A DNA stretch of 59,687 nucleotides from Bacteroidales bacterium (GTDB lineage: Bacteria > Bacteroidota > Bacteroidia > Bacteroidales > JAIPAH01): assembly GCA_021740175.1 (NCBI GenBank), contig JAIPAH010000001.1:1-59687 (forward strand), read 5' to 3'. The first letter of the stretch is position 1. Each line of letters begins with the position of its first letter. Positions 1 through 9,150 of the stretch are shown here, piece by piece. The position numbers and the translations under genes were made by a program. The notes beneath the pieces were generated by a model, which worked only from the letters and a program-made list of their open reading frames with translations, searched no databases and was not told the DNA's origin.

Positions 1-176
1 AATTTAAAAGGATGATAAATGAGGGTTTATTAACAAAAAAGTGGGTTATTAACAAAAAGAAAAAAGTAAGCAAAAAAGAAAAAGTCAACATCACCATTAA
101 ATAGGTAAAAAAAGTCAACGTTATTTAGGCATGGACATCGCATTAATTCGCGATAATCCGAAATCCAAAATCTTTA

Positions 177-207
177 CCCCGTGAAACCTCTTACTGTTTC
201 ACCGGGG
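177..207 (-). terminator. Candidate stem-loop terminator downstream of hypB
   Basis: CCCCGTGAAAC (177-187) pairs with GTTTCACCGGGG (196-207) with one bulge. It lies about 20 nt past the hypB stop. The U-tract on the minus strand is poor. Confidence 0.35.
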
Positions 208-226
208 CTGAACGCGAAATACGTCT

Positions 227-889
227 CTAAACCCGCTTCACTTCCTTTTCTAACGCAACCTCCAACCACTCGACCCAATTCCAAAGGCCAGTTCCGAGTG
301 TTGAAGAGGTTTCAAATACCTGAAGGTTTGGATTCAGGTCTTGCAAATCCTTCTTAAATGTTTCATTATCAAAATCGATATAAGGCAGAAGGTCGGCTTT
401 GTTTAAAACAACCGCCCTGGCTTGCCGGAAAAGCATAGGATACTTGGCCGGTTTGTCGTCGCCCTCGGTGGTACTAAGGACAGCGATGCGAAAATCCTCG
501 CCCAGGTCGAAGGCTGTCGGGCAAATCAGGTTACCGACATTTTCCGTCAGGATGATGTCAAGCTCCTGCAAATCCAATTCTGCAAAAGCACTTTCAATGC
601 TGCTGGAATCGAGATGGCAGGTGCCTTCGGTGTTAATTTGGACAATAGGGATGTTGAATTGCTGCAGCCTTTCGGCATCCTTACTGGTAAAAGCATCGCC
701 TTCTATCACCGCCACATTCATTGTCTCCTGCAGGGTTGGGATGGTTTTTTCCAGGAGTGTCGTTTTTCCGGCTCCCGGCGAGCTTATGAAATTCACCATT
801 TTTACATTGTGTTTCATAAGTGCCTGGCGGTTTTGCTCCGCCTGGTTCATGTTTTTATCCAATACATTTTTTAATACTTTGATTTCCAT
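227..889 (-). CDS. hypB: Hydrogenase nickel-incorporation GTPase HypB
   Basis: 220 aa with P-loop GAGKTT, ENVGNLICP and NKADL motifs. It sits in a hyp gene string. Confidence 0.93.
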   Translation of the reverse strand: MEIKVLKNVLDKNMNQAEQNRQALMKHNVKMVNFISSPGAGKTTLLEKTIPTLQETMNVAVIEGDAFTSKDAERLQQFNIPIVQINTEGTCHLDSSSIESAFAELDLQELDIILTENVGNLICPTAFDLGEDFRIAVLSTTEGDDKPAKYPMLFRQARAVVLNKADLLPYIDFDNETFKKDLQDLNPNLQVFETSSTLGTGLWNWVEWLEVALEKEVKRV

Positions 890-891
890 AA

Positions 892-1233
892 CTATTCTCC
901 TTCTATGCTTTTGATGTTTAATTCCATTCCTTGCTGTACTTCAGTATCCTTAGAGCCGCATACCGGGCAGTAAAATTTTCCGTTTTCCGTCCCGAAAATC
1001 TGTTGGCACGAGTTACAGCGGAGTCTTACGGGAAGCCAGAAGAGTTTGAGCTCGGCCCCGGCAGCTACCGTGTCCTTTTTGGCGGCTTCAAAACCGTGTT
1101 GCATAATTTCCTCGTTCAGGTGCTGCATTCCCCCTACATCCAGGTTGATGACATCGATTCTCGACAGGTTGTTTTCCTTTGCCACCTGCCCGGAAATCTG
1201 TAATACGTTTTCTATGACGGTTAATTCATGCAT
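892..1233 (-). CDS. hypA: Hydrogenase nickel insertion protein HypA
   Basis: 113 aa with an MHE N-terminus and a CNSC...CPVC zinc site. It is adjacent to hypB. Confidence 0.9.
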   Translation of the reverse strand: MHELTVIENVLQISGQVAKENNLSRIDVINLDVGGMQHLNEEIMQHGFEAAKKDTVAAGAELKLFWLPVRLRCNSCQQIFGTENGKFYCPVCGSKDTEVQQGMELNIKSIEGE

Positions 1234-1237
1234 ATTT

Positions 1238-2251
1238 TCAACAAATTCTCGGTACTTTGGCTGCCCTGGGCGGCTCCAGCAGACGGCGACCGCCTATCAT
1301 CGTATCGAGCACCACATCACCGGGATGCTCTTTGGTGATTTGGCCTATTTGGGCAGCATTTTTCCCGAATTCATGATTTTTCATGATGGAGGCTACTCTC
1401 TCCGCCTCCGATTCATCGGCTATGACTATACATTTCCCTTCGCAGGCCATATGCAAAGGCTCATATCCCAGCGATTCGCAAAAGGCCTGCACGCCTTCGC
1501 TGATGGGAATTTTATCTTCGTTTATCTCAAAACCAAGGGAGGACATCCCCGCTACTTCATGGAGTATCCCAGCTAAACCGCCACGGGTTATATCCCGGAT
1601 AAAGCGAATGGTATTACACCGGTCCAGCAACTCACGAATCAGACCATTGAGTGATGCACAGTCCGACTCCAAACGAGAATTTTCAAAATACGCCTCGCGA
1701 GCATTCATGATGGCTGCTTCATGGTCGCCCAGGGTTCCATTCACCCAAACCCTATCACCCTCGGTAATCAGCTTCCCATTAGCGAGGTTTTTATGGAGCT
1801 CATCCACAAAGCCCATCCCGCTGGTGTTAATGAAAAGCCGGTCAGCCTGGCCTTTTTCCACCACTTTTGTGTCACCGGCCACGATGTGGACTCCCGCTTT
1901 GTCCGCTTCGGCTTTCATGCTTTTGACGATGTTTTCCAATGTTTCAAGCGATAATCCCTCTTCGATGATAAATCCGGCGGTGAGGTAGGAGGGACGGGCG
2001 CCTGTGACGGCCAGGTCGTTGACAGTGCCACACACCGCCAGCTTCCCGAGGTCTCCGCCCGGGAAGAACAGCGGATTGATAACGTATGAGTCCGTGGTAA
2101 AGGCGATTTTTTGATGGGTGGAATCCACTATTGCGCTGTCACCTTCGGCCTTCAGCCACTGGTTGTCGAAGTACTTCATGAAGAGCTCCTGAATCAGCTC
2201 CTGCGTCATCAGTCCGCCGCTACCGTGTCCTATTTCTATCTTATTAGCCAT
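1238..2251 (-). CDS. hypE: Hydrogenase maturation protein HypE (carbamoyl dehydratase)
   Basis: C-terminal PRIC motif and an AIR-synthase-like body. I chose the ATG at 2251 (MANKIEIGHGSGG) rather than the ORF-track start at 2341, because the longer form overlaps hypD by about 100 nt. Confidence 0.92.
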   Translation of the reverse strand: MANKIEIGHGSGGLMTQELIQELFMKYFDNQWLKAEGDSAIVDSTHQKIAFTTDSYVINPLFFPGGDLGKLAVCGTVNDLAVTGARPSYLTAGFIIEEGLSLETLENIVKSMKAEADKAGVHIVAGDTKVVEKGQADRLFINTSGMGFVDELHKNLANGKLITEGDRVWVNGTLGDHEAAIMNAREAYFENSRLESDCASLNGLIRELLDRCNTIRFIRDITRGGLAGILHEVAGMSSLGFEINEDKIPISEGVQAFCESLGYEPLHMACEGKCIVIADESEAERVASIMKNHEFGKNAAQIGQITKEHPGDVVLDTMIGGRRLLEPPRAAKVPRIC

Positions 2252-3329
2252 AATTCCTGTATTTAAAGTGTGCATTGCAACTACCCTCCGCCGATACCAT
2301 GCAGGCTCCTTTCGGATTACGCGGAGTACAAACCGTAGCAAAAAGCCTGCATTCTTCCGGTTCTTTTCTACCCTTCAGTATTTCCCCGCAGATGCAACCA
2401 TTATCTTCTTCCGGCTCGGGAATAGGGATGCTGAATTTTTTATCCGCATCATATTCCGAGTACCTGTTATTGAGTTTCAAACCGCTGGCCGGTATGGTTC
2501 CGAATCCCCGCCAACGGTCGACTTTTATTTCAAAAACCTCGTCCATGACCTGTTGAGCCCTGACATTGCCTTCCGGTTTTACCGCTCTTTTGTATTGGAT
2601 TTCGGTTTTGAAATCTCCGGAATTTACTTGCCGGATAAGCATAAGGATCGATTGAAGGATGTCCGTGGGTTCAAAACCCGATATAACGGTAGCTACCTTG
2701 TATTTTTCCGGGAAATCTTCATAAATCGACTTTCCGGTGATAGTACTGACATGGCCCGGACAGATATAGCCGTTGAGGGTGACTCCGTCATCGATCACGG
2801 CTTTCATGGCCGGAGGCATGATTTTATGAGCACTAAGGAAAAAAAGATTGTTGATATTCTGCGAGTCGGCTTTTTGAATGGCAATTGCGGTAGCCGGGGC
2901 GGTGGTTTCAAAACCGATGGCCAGGAAAACCACGGATTTCTCCGGATTTTGGGAGGCAATGGCCAGGGCATCCAGCGATGAATAAACTACTCTGACATCG
3001 GCGTCTTCTTCCCTGCAATCATTTAAGCTTTTGTCATTGCCGGGTACATGCAGCAAATCTCCGTAGGTAGCGATGATTGTATCGTTGTTCAAGGCCAGTT
3101 CGACAGCCCTGTTGATGTAGTTTTGGTCGGTGACGCATACCGGGCAGCCCGGCCCGGAAAGAAGCCGGATGTTTTCGGGAAGCAGCGAAGGGAGCCCGAA
3201 ACGTCGGATAGCATGTGTGTGGCTTCCGCATACTTCCATAAAATGGTAATCACCGGTAGCTTCCGCTTTAATATTTGTTAAAAGCGTTTCCACCAAATGC
3301 TTCTGCCGGTATTCGTTGATGTATTTCAC
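2244..3329 (-). CDS. hypD: Hydrogenase maturation protein HypD
   Basis: 361 aa with CGSHTH, GPGCPVC and GFETTAP motifs. Confidence 0.95.
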   Translation of the reverse strand: MKYINEYRQKHLVETLLTNIKAEATGDYHFMEVCGSHTHAIRRFGLPSLLPENIRLLSGPGCPVCVTDQNYINRAVELALNNDTIIATYGDLLHVPGNDKSLNDCREEDADVRVVYSSLDALAIASQNPEKSVVFLAIGFETTAPATAIAIQKADSQNINNLFFLSAHKIMPPAMKAVIDDGVTLNGYICPGHVSTITGKSIYEDFPEKYKVATVISGFEPTDILQSILMLIRQVNSGDFKTEIQYKRAVKPEGNVRAQQVMDEVFEIKVDRWRGFGTIPASGLKLNNRYSEYDADKKFSIPIPEPEEDNGCICGEILKGRKEPEECRLFATVCTPRNPKGACMVSAEGSCNAHFKYRNYG

Positions 3330-3556
3330 TTTAATCCTTTATTTACGCGGTTCATCTCTTCAATCAATTCCAGGGTTTCACGGGCATGCTGCTCACTGAT
3401 TTTTTGTATGGCAAAACCCGCATGAAGCAGAACATATTCCCCTTCATGTAAATCATCAATTAAGCTGATGTCCGCCCGGTATTCGTTTCCAGACATGGAA
3501 ACCCTGGCTTTATCACCGTTTATCGCTTCAACTTTTGCCGGTATGCTTAAACACAT
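3326..3556 (-). CDS. hypC: Hydrogenase assembly chaperone HypC
   Basis: 76 aa with an MCLSIPAKV N-terminus (Cys2). It has 4-nt overlaps with its neighbours. Confidence 0.92.
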   Translation of the reverse strand: MCLSIPAKVEAINGDKARVSMSGNEYRADISLIDDLHEGEYVLLHAGFAIQKISEQHARETLELIEEMNRVNKGLK

Positions 3557-5994
3557 AGTTGTTTCTTTTTGTCCGCAATAACCATTTGTCCTAAAGCAAT
3601 GCCCCCGTCGTTGGCGGGAACTTTTTCATTCGTATAAACAGTCATTCCGTTCTTTATTAATCGAGCTGTTAGTTTTTCTGTGATATATTTATTCTGAAAT
3701 ATCCCGCCCGAGAGAGCTACTTTTTTAATTCCTTCTGAAGCGGATATTTTTTTTACTCCATATTCAATCATTTCTATTATCGTATTATGAAAACGGGCAG
3801 CAATGGTTCCTTTTGGAGCGTTTGCTCTCAGCTCATCCACCATCGAGCGTATGATGGGCTCGTAGTTGAATGTTGCATTTTCAAGCCGGAAAGGATAAGA
3901 TTGCTCGGCACTGGTAGTGATGTTTTCCAGTTTAATGGGCCCTTCACCGTCAAAGTGGCTGGTGTGCAAAAGGTTGAGCAGAGCTGCTGCTACATCAAAT
4001 AATCTTCCCATACCACAGGATTTATGGATATTTAGGTTTTTCTGCACGGCTTTGATTACCGAAAGTTGATCTTTTTTTGCCATATCGCGGTTCTGGGGAA
4101 ATTGTAAAAATTCCCGGCCGAAAATTTGATAAAGGACTGCCGTAGCCACTCTCCAGGGTTCTTTGATGGCTTTTTCGCCACCCGGAAGCGGAAGGTAGGC
4201 GAGATGGTAATGCCGTTCATAGCTTTCCAGGCCATTAACAAAAAACTCACTGCCCCAGATTTTTCCGTCATCGCCATAACCTGTACCGTCCATGGCTACG
4301 CCGATTACTTTTTCATCGAGATGATGTTCGGCCATGACGGATGCTATGTGGGCGTGATGGTGCTGGACGCATACAAGCTGCGGTTTTTTGCCATTGAGAT
4401 TTGTGTCCTTTCGAATCAGCCTGACCGCATATTTTGATGAATGGTAATCGGGGTGAGTATCACAGGCAATAATTTCAGGCTTAACCCTGAAAAGACGGAG
4501 AAATTCGTGTATGGAATTTTGGTAAAGGTGAAATACGTCAAAATTCTCTAAATCCCCTACATACTGGCTCATGATCGCTCTCCGGTCTTTCCCCGTGCAA
4601 AAACTGTTTTTCAGGTCAGCACCCATAGCCAGGACACCTTCCACATTGGCTTTCATTTGAATCGGCTCAGGAACAAAACCCCGCGCTCTTCGAATTAAGG
4701 CCGGTTTACCATTTATAATCCGGACAATGGAGTCATCGAGCCTGTGGCTGATTTCCCGGTTATGCTGCAGAACAGCATCACAGAAATTATTTTCAAGGAG
4801 TTGCCGCGCTTTTTCATTTTCAGAAATTAGGGGTTGCCCCTTGAGATTGGCGCTTGTGAAAACTATGGCCGGTGTATCCAGAGCTTCCATCATCAAATAA
4901 TGGAGTGGCGAATAGGGCAAAACCACGCCAAGCGTTGGGAAATCCCGGTTGACTTCTTTCGATAGGGATTTCTTCTCCCGGAGTATAACAATCGGACGCC
5001 GCCAGCTTTGTAACGCTTTTGCCTCTGCATTACTTACCCGGGCAAATTGCTTAACCGTCTCCAGGTCTTTAAACATCACCGCAAAAGGCTTGCTGTGGCG
5101 CTGCTTGATCTTTCTGAGTCGCCTGATAGTCGCCTCATTGGTAGCGTCTGCTATGAGTTGGAAGCCACCGATGCTTTTGAGGGCGAGAATTTTGCCGGAG
5201 GTGATGGATTGTGCTAACTTGTTCAGGAGATGAGTGTTTTTAGTGGAAGGCTTTTTTAAGTTGGCAATAGGCAGTTGGCAGTTGGCAAACAAATATTCTT
5301 CTTGCATATTGCCAACTGTCAACTGCCAACTATCCGGGAGATTACTATCAAAATTATATTCAAGTTTCTTCTCAAGACTATTTTTATTGCCGATAAGTTC
5401 GAAGATCGGTCCGCACTTCCGGCAGGAGACCGGCTGTGCATGGAACCGCCGGTCTGTCACATTCTCGTATTCTTCCCGGCAATCAGGGCACATCTCAAAG
5501 TCTTTCATAGTGGTATGTTTGCGATCGTAGGGGAGATCCTTGACGATGGAGAATCTCGGACCGCAATGTGTGCAGTTGGTGAAAGGATACCGGAATCGAC
5601 GGGGTTGTTTTTTTATGTCTTCCAGGCAATCTTCGCACACGGCAATATCCGGGGAAATGTTGGTTATTTTTTGGGAACCATTCAAGCTGGGTTGGATGGT
5701 AAAAGAGCTGTAATGGTATGTATCCGTGGGGTTTTCTTTTATTTTCGAGATTTGAGAAGCCCGGGGAGCCTTATTTCTTAGGGTATCGATGAATTTATGG
5801 TAGTCTGCTTTATTACCTTCCAAATGAATTTCAACGCCACCGGTATAATTCCTGACCCAACCGGTAAGATCATGCTGTTTGGCATGCCGGTATATGAACG
5901 GCCGAAAGCCCACACCTTGCACTAATCCGCTGATATCAATATGCTTGGCCGTAATACTCATATCACTTATTTTGTTTTGCGTGATAGATGACAT
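3547..5994 (-). CDS. hypF: Carbamoyltransferase HypF
   Basis: It has an acylphosphatase-like N-terminus (VQGVGFRPF), two CxxC-x18-CxxC zinc-finger pairs, a YrdC-like block (KSIGGFQLIADA...KPFAVMF) and a Kae1-like C-terminus. An alternative ATG at 5961 would remove the overlap with rex. Confidence 0.93.
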   Translation of the reverse strand: MSSITQNKISDMSITAKHIDISGLVQGVGFRPFIYRHAKQHDLTGWVRNYTGGVEIHLEGNKADYHKFIDTLRNKAPRASQISKIKENPTDTYHYSSFTIQPSLNGSQKITNISPDIAVCEDCLEDIKKQPRRFRYPFTNCTHCGPRFSIVKDLPYDRKHTTMKDFEMCPDCREEYENVTDRRFHAQPVSCRKCGPIFELIGNKNSLEKKLEYNFDSNLPDSWQLTVGNMQEEYLFANCQLPIANLKKPSTKNTHLLNKLAQSITSGKILALKSIGGFQLIADATNEATIRRLRKIKQRHSKPFAVMFKDLETVKQFARVSNAEAKALQSWRRPIVILREKKSLSKEVNRDFPTLGVVLPYSPLHYLMMEALDTPAIVFTSANLKGQPLISENEKARQLLENNFCDAVLQHNREISHRLDDSIVRIINGKPALIRRARGFVPEPIQMKANVEGVLAMGADLKNSFCTGKDRRAIMSQYVGDLENFDVFHLYQNSIHEFLRLFRVKPEIIACDTHPDYHSSKYAVRLIRKDTNLNGKKPQLVCVQHHHAHIASVMAEHHLDEKVIGVAMDGTGYGDDGKIWGSEFFVNGLESYERHYHLAYLPLPGGEKAIKEPWRVATAVLYQIFGREFLQFPQNRDMAKKDQLSVIKAVQKNLNIHKSCGMGRLFDVAAALLNLLHTSHFDGEGPIKLENITTSAEQSYPFRLENATFNYEPIIRSMVDELRANAPKGTIAARFHNTIIEMIEYGVKKISASEGIKKVALSGGIFQNKYITEKLTARLIKNGMTVYTNEKVPANDGGIALGQMVIADKKKQLCV
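5267..5330. repeat. Imperfect inverted repeat embedded in-frame in the hypF linker
   Basis: ATAGGCAGTTGGCAGTTGGCAA (5267-5288) matches the reverse complement of TTGCCAACTGTCAACTGCCAAC (5309-5330) at 19/22 positions, with a 20-nt loop. The left arm also carries tandem GGCAGTT units. Confidence 0.7.
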
Positions 5995-6577
5995 GGCGCA
6001 ACTCGTTGCTTAAGCTTACATTTGAAACATATACTTCCTCAGGAACCTTCAGGTTGACCGGGGCAAAATTTAAAATGCCCTTTATTCCACAATAGACCAA
6101 CCGGTCACATACTGTTTGCGCAGAAAAAGCCGGAACAGCAATGATACCGGCTTCGATTTCATAACAATATATAATTTCCTGGCATTTGCCCATGCTATAA
6201 ACCGGGATAGAAAATTTTTTTCGTTGTTTGGCCGGATCAATATCAAAAGCAGCAACAATACGGAGTTTCTGATTTTGAAAATCTTTATACCGGGCAATGG
6301 CTGACCCGATGTTCCCCATACCGACGAGGATTACCTTGCTGACTTTATCATCTCCAAAATAATTATTGATAGCCTGCAGGATAACATCAATTTCATATCC
6401 CCCTCTTCTTTTCCCCTTGACGTTGATTCTTGAGAAGTCTTTTCGGATCAGAGCGGCACTGAATCCCGTTTCCCCTGCTATCAAATGTGAATATACATCA
6501 TTCAGCCCAATTTCCTGCAAATGGAGTAGGCTTAACCGGTAAGTAAGTAGTCGTTTGGTAAATTCAGTAGAAGACAT
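5963..6577 (-). CDS. rex: Redox-sensing transcriptional repressor Rex
   Basis: 204 aa with an N-terminal winged-helix region (AALIRKDFS) and a Rossmann motif VILVGMGNIGSA. It is the first gene of the hyp string. Confidence 0.85.
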   Translation of the reverse strand: MSSTEFTKRLLTYRLSLLHLQEIGLNDVYSHLIAGETGFSAALIRKDFSRINVKGKRRGGYEIDVILQAINNYFGDDKVSKVILVGMGNIGSAIARYKDFQNQKLRIVAAFDIDPAKQRKKFSIPVYSMGKCQEIIYCYEIEAGIIAVPAFSAQTVCDRLVYCGIKGILNFAPVNLKVPEEVYVSNVSLSNELRHVIYHAKQNK

Positions 6578-6773
6578 TTGTTTTATATATCACAATTAAA
6601 ATATGTATTAAAAATAATATATGATTCAATAAAAATCAAGGGTTTTGGTTTAAAGTCTCTTAAATAGCTTTATATGAGAGTTAAAAAAAATTAGATTAAA
6701 TAAAAAAAGTACATAATATAGAAAAAATTTGGATATTTATTTGACAAAAGATTTAATTTATATTAATTTTATA

Positions 6774-6791
6774 TTGTGAATATTGTCACAA
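6774..6791. promoter_or_regulatory. Rex operator (Rex box) in front of the hydrogenase structural operon
   Basis: TTGTGAATATTGTCACAA matches the consensus TTGTGAAnnnnTTCACAA at 13 of 14 specified positions. The outer hexamers TTGTGA/TCACAA form a perfect palindrome. It ends 12 nt before the ATG at 6804. Confidence 0.7.
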
Positions 6792-6803
6792 TAAATTAAT
6801 TTT

Positions 6804-7817
6804 ATGGAGACTTATTATACACTACTAAAATCGAACTGGGATACACTGTTAAACTCCATATTGAATGAGTATGATATTTATGCGCCCTTTCATTTCGGAG
6901 AAAGCATTGAGTATTCCATTGTGACAGAAAGTAACGTGAAAAATATTATTTACAACCGGCCCAAACCCTCTACTCCGTTAAAGACTTTTTTCCTTCCTGT
7001 AAAAGAGAATGTAGTTAACCCCTCTAAAAGTGATAAGAAACGCATTGTAATGGGAGCTCCTTCGTGCGATTTAAGCGCCCTTTCCATTCTGGATGAAATA
7101 TACCTGGATAAGGATTATATCGATCCGAATTATTCCGGCCACCGGAAAAACACGCTTCTTATTGGATTTGATTGCCATAGCACCCTTGAGCATTGTCATT
7201 GTACTACTTATGGTTTTAAGCCTTACCCGGAAGAGAATACGGATATTGTGATTTCCTATATCGAAGACAAAATTGTTCTCAACGTAAAAACCGAAGCAGG
7301 AGAGACCTTCAGAAAAAACTGGATAAATAGTTATGAGCGTATTACCGAAAAAGAATTAACCAAACTGAACGATATTCAGACGGATGTTGAGAAGGAGTTA
7401 AATGGTAAAAACGCCGATTTGCCGGATTATCAGCAGACCGGTAAGCTCATAACGGCTTCGGAGGAAGATATATGGCAGCGATATTCCGATACCTGTGTAT
7501 CATGCGGAGCATGCTCGGCGATTTGTCCTACATGCTCCTGCTTTCTCTTTATTGAGCGCCCGCAATTTGAGAAGGTCCGCAGTATCGATACCTGTCAGTA
7601 TCCGGGATTTGAAAGGGTCGCCGCCGGAGAAGATCCGCTAAGGCCCTTATCTAAGAGATTCCGAAACCGCTATATGTGCAAGTACGTCTGGAAACCGGAA
7701 AAATTCGAATCTAAGGCCTGTACAGGCTGCGGCCGTTGCATCGAAGCCTGTATTGGCGATATCAATAAAAACGACCTTTTCAGGGAACTGAATAAAAAAG
7801 AAACCGTTGAAACATGA
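6804..7817 (+). CDS. Iron-sulfur subunit, sulfhydrogenase beta (HydB) / anaerobic sulfite reductase AsrA-like
   Basis: 337 aa with Cys clusters CHSTLEHCHC, CVSCGACSAICPTCSC and CTGCGRCIEAC. It is paired by an ATGA overlap with a HydG/AsrB-like gene. Confidence 0.75.
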   Translation: METYYTLLKSNWDTLLNSILNEYDIYAPFHFGESIEYSIVTESNVKNIIYNRPKPSTPLKTFFLPVKENVVNPSKSDKKRIVMGAPSCDLSALSILDEIYLDKDYIDPNYSGHRKNTLLIGFDCHSTLEHCHCTTYGFKPYPEENTDIVISYIEDKIVLNVKTEAGETFRKNWINSYERITEKELTKLNDIQTDVEKELNGKNADLPDYQQTGKLITASEEDIWQRYSDTCVSCGACSAICPTCSCFLFIERPQFEKVRSIDTCQYPGFERVAAGEDPLRPLSKRFRNRYMCKYVWKPEKFESKACTGCGRCIEACIGDINKNDLFRELNKKETVET

Positions 7818-8641
7818 CCACTGCAACCGTTGACCTATATAAACCGGTTAAAGCTACTCTTACGAAGGTGATTGATGAATCGCCTTCCATTAAAACCTTT
7901 GTGCTTGAACCTGAGGTGGAATTCAGTTTCAAAACCGGGCAGTTTATCCAGCTGTCACTTGAGGGTATCGGTGAGGCTCCGTTTACTCCCTCCTCATCGC
8001 CTTTGGTTAAAGATAGGATTGAAGTAACGATCATGAAAGCCGGGTTTGTCACGGAAAAAATACATAACCTTAAAGAAGGCGCTGTTTTGGGTATCAGGGG
8101 GCCTTATGGCCGGGGTTACCCACTGGAAAAGCTTTACGGGAAGGAAGTGCTCGTGCTGGGTGGAGGATGCGGTTTTGCCCCAATCCGTTCGCTATTGTAC
8201 AACCTTGAAGCGGAAAAGGACAAGATTAAGAAGCTGACCTTCTGCTATGGTTCCAAAACACCCAAAGATTGCATTTACAAAGGATATATCGATCACCTGC
8301 GTTCAGTTGACAAATTTGAGGTATATCGTAGTGTGGATCAGGCCGATGATGAGTGGAACGAAACCGAGGGTGTTGTGACTTGTCTGCTGGATGAGATCAG
8401 CATTAATGTGGAAGAATCTGCTGCAGTGGTTGTCGGACCCCCTATTATGATGAAATTTGGTGTTCAGAAGCTTTTGGATATAGGATATCCCGAACACAAA
8501 ATCTTTCTATCCATGGAGAAAAACATGTCGTGTGCCGTGGGCAAATGCGGTCACTGCATGATGGGTAAATATTTTGTGTGCAAAGATGGGCCTGTGTTTT
8601 CGTATGACGAGATTAAAGATCAACCTGATATCTGGAAATAG
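7814..8641 (+). CDS. FAD/NAD(P)-binding 2Fe-2S oxidoreductase, sulfhydrogenase gamma (HydG) / AsrB / PyrK-like
   Basis: 275 aa with GEAPFTPSS (flavin site), VLVLGGGCGFAPIRSLL (NAD(P) site) and a C-terminal CAVGKCGHCMMGKYFVCKDGP 2Fe-2S motif. Confidence 0.8.
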   Translation: MTTATVDLYKPVKATLTKVIDESPSIKTFVLEPEVEFSFKTGQFIQLSLEGIGEAPFTPSSSPLVKDRIEVTIMKAGFVTEKIHNLKEGAVLGIRGPYGRGYPLEKLYGKEVLVLGGGCGFAPIRSLLYNLEAEKDKIKKLTFCYGSKTPKDCIYKGYIDHLRSVDKFEVYRSVDQADDEWNETEGVVTCLLDEISINVEESAAVVVGPPIMMKFGVQKLLDIGYPEHKIFLSMEKNMSCAVGKCGHCMMGKYFVCKDGPVFSYDEIKDQPDIWK

Positions 8642-8647
8642 GCGATT

Positions 8648-9148
8648 ATGAATAATATTTTGATAGACCTGACAAAATACCGGGAATGCATCAATGAGGG
8701 ATGCGATAAGAAAGTCCCTGAAGGCGTTATTGGTGGAGAACCTGAAACAAACGGGTTGAAGCCACTTCGGGAGCTTGCCGTTTTCACCTATACATGCCGG
8801 CAATGCGAGGATGCTCCCTGCGTTACCGTCTGCCCTGAAGATGCCCTGGAGAAAAATGAGGACGGGATGATTATCCGTTCCACCAATCTTTGTGTTGCAT
8901 GCAAATCGTGTGTTACTATTTGTCCTTTCGGAACGATGATGAGTGATTTTTATGAGTATAAACGAACCGAAAACCTCTATTTCAATCTGAAGGATGAGAA
9001 AGAGAAGGAAAGATTCATCAATGAGAGTCCGGAAGGAACTGTGCAATATACCGATAAGGAAAAAGATGAGGAAAATAATATATACGAATTGATGCCCGGG
9101 ATACTGGTTAAGGATTATCCCTGGGAAAAACTAAAAAAACTGGAATAA
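8648..9148 (+). CDS. 2x[4Fe-4S] ferredoxin-like electron-transfer subunit (HycB-like)
   Basis: 166 aa with CRQCEDAPCVTVCP and CVACKSCVTICP motifs. Confidence 0.8.
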   Translation: MNNILIDLTKYRECINEGCDKKVPEGVIGGEPETNGLKPLRELAVFTYTCRQCEDAPCVTVCPEDALEKNEDGMIIRSTNLCVACKSCVTICPFGTMMSDFYEYKRTENLYFNLKDEKEKERFINESPEGTVQYTDKEKDEENNIYELMPGILVKDYPWEKLKKLE

Positions 9149-9150
9149 CC

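Noticed and set aside
23-119. Direct repeats at the left edge: GGGTT(T)ATTAACAAAAA twice (23-39, 43-58) and AAAAAGTCAAC twice (79-89, 109-119), which look iteron-like.
   Set aside because: The context is A-rich and low-complexity and is cut by the window edge. There is no adjacent replication or partition gene, so a function cannot be argued.
399-914. Long antisense or alternative-frame ORFs overlapping well-supported genes, for example 399-914, 1383-1988, 2268-2981, 8507-9046, 10744-11301, 29215-29634, 32295-32792 and 53519-53857.
   Set aside because: Each lies opposite or out of frame with a gene carrying strong family motifs. Their products have low-complexity or Arg/Ser-rich shadow-frame composition. 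I see no independent coding evidence.
2252-2341. The extended N-terminus of hypE in the ORF track (start at 2341).
   Set aside because: It would overlap hypD by about 100 nt and adds a non-conserved basic peptide. The ATG at 2251 gives the canonical MANKIEIGHGSGG start just past the hypD stop.
6741-6775. A sigma-70-like TTGACA ... TAATTT promoter call upstream of the Rex box.
   Set aside because: Bacteroidota use different promoter elements (TTTG / TAnnTTTG), and I found no clean match. In AT-rich DNA, chance hexamers are frequent.
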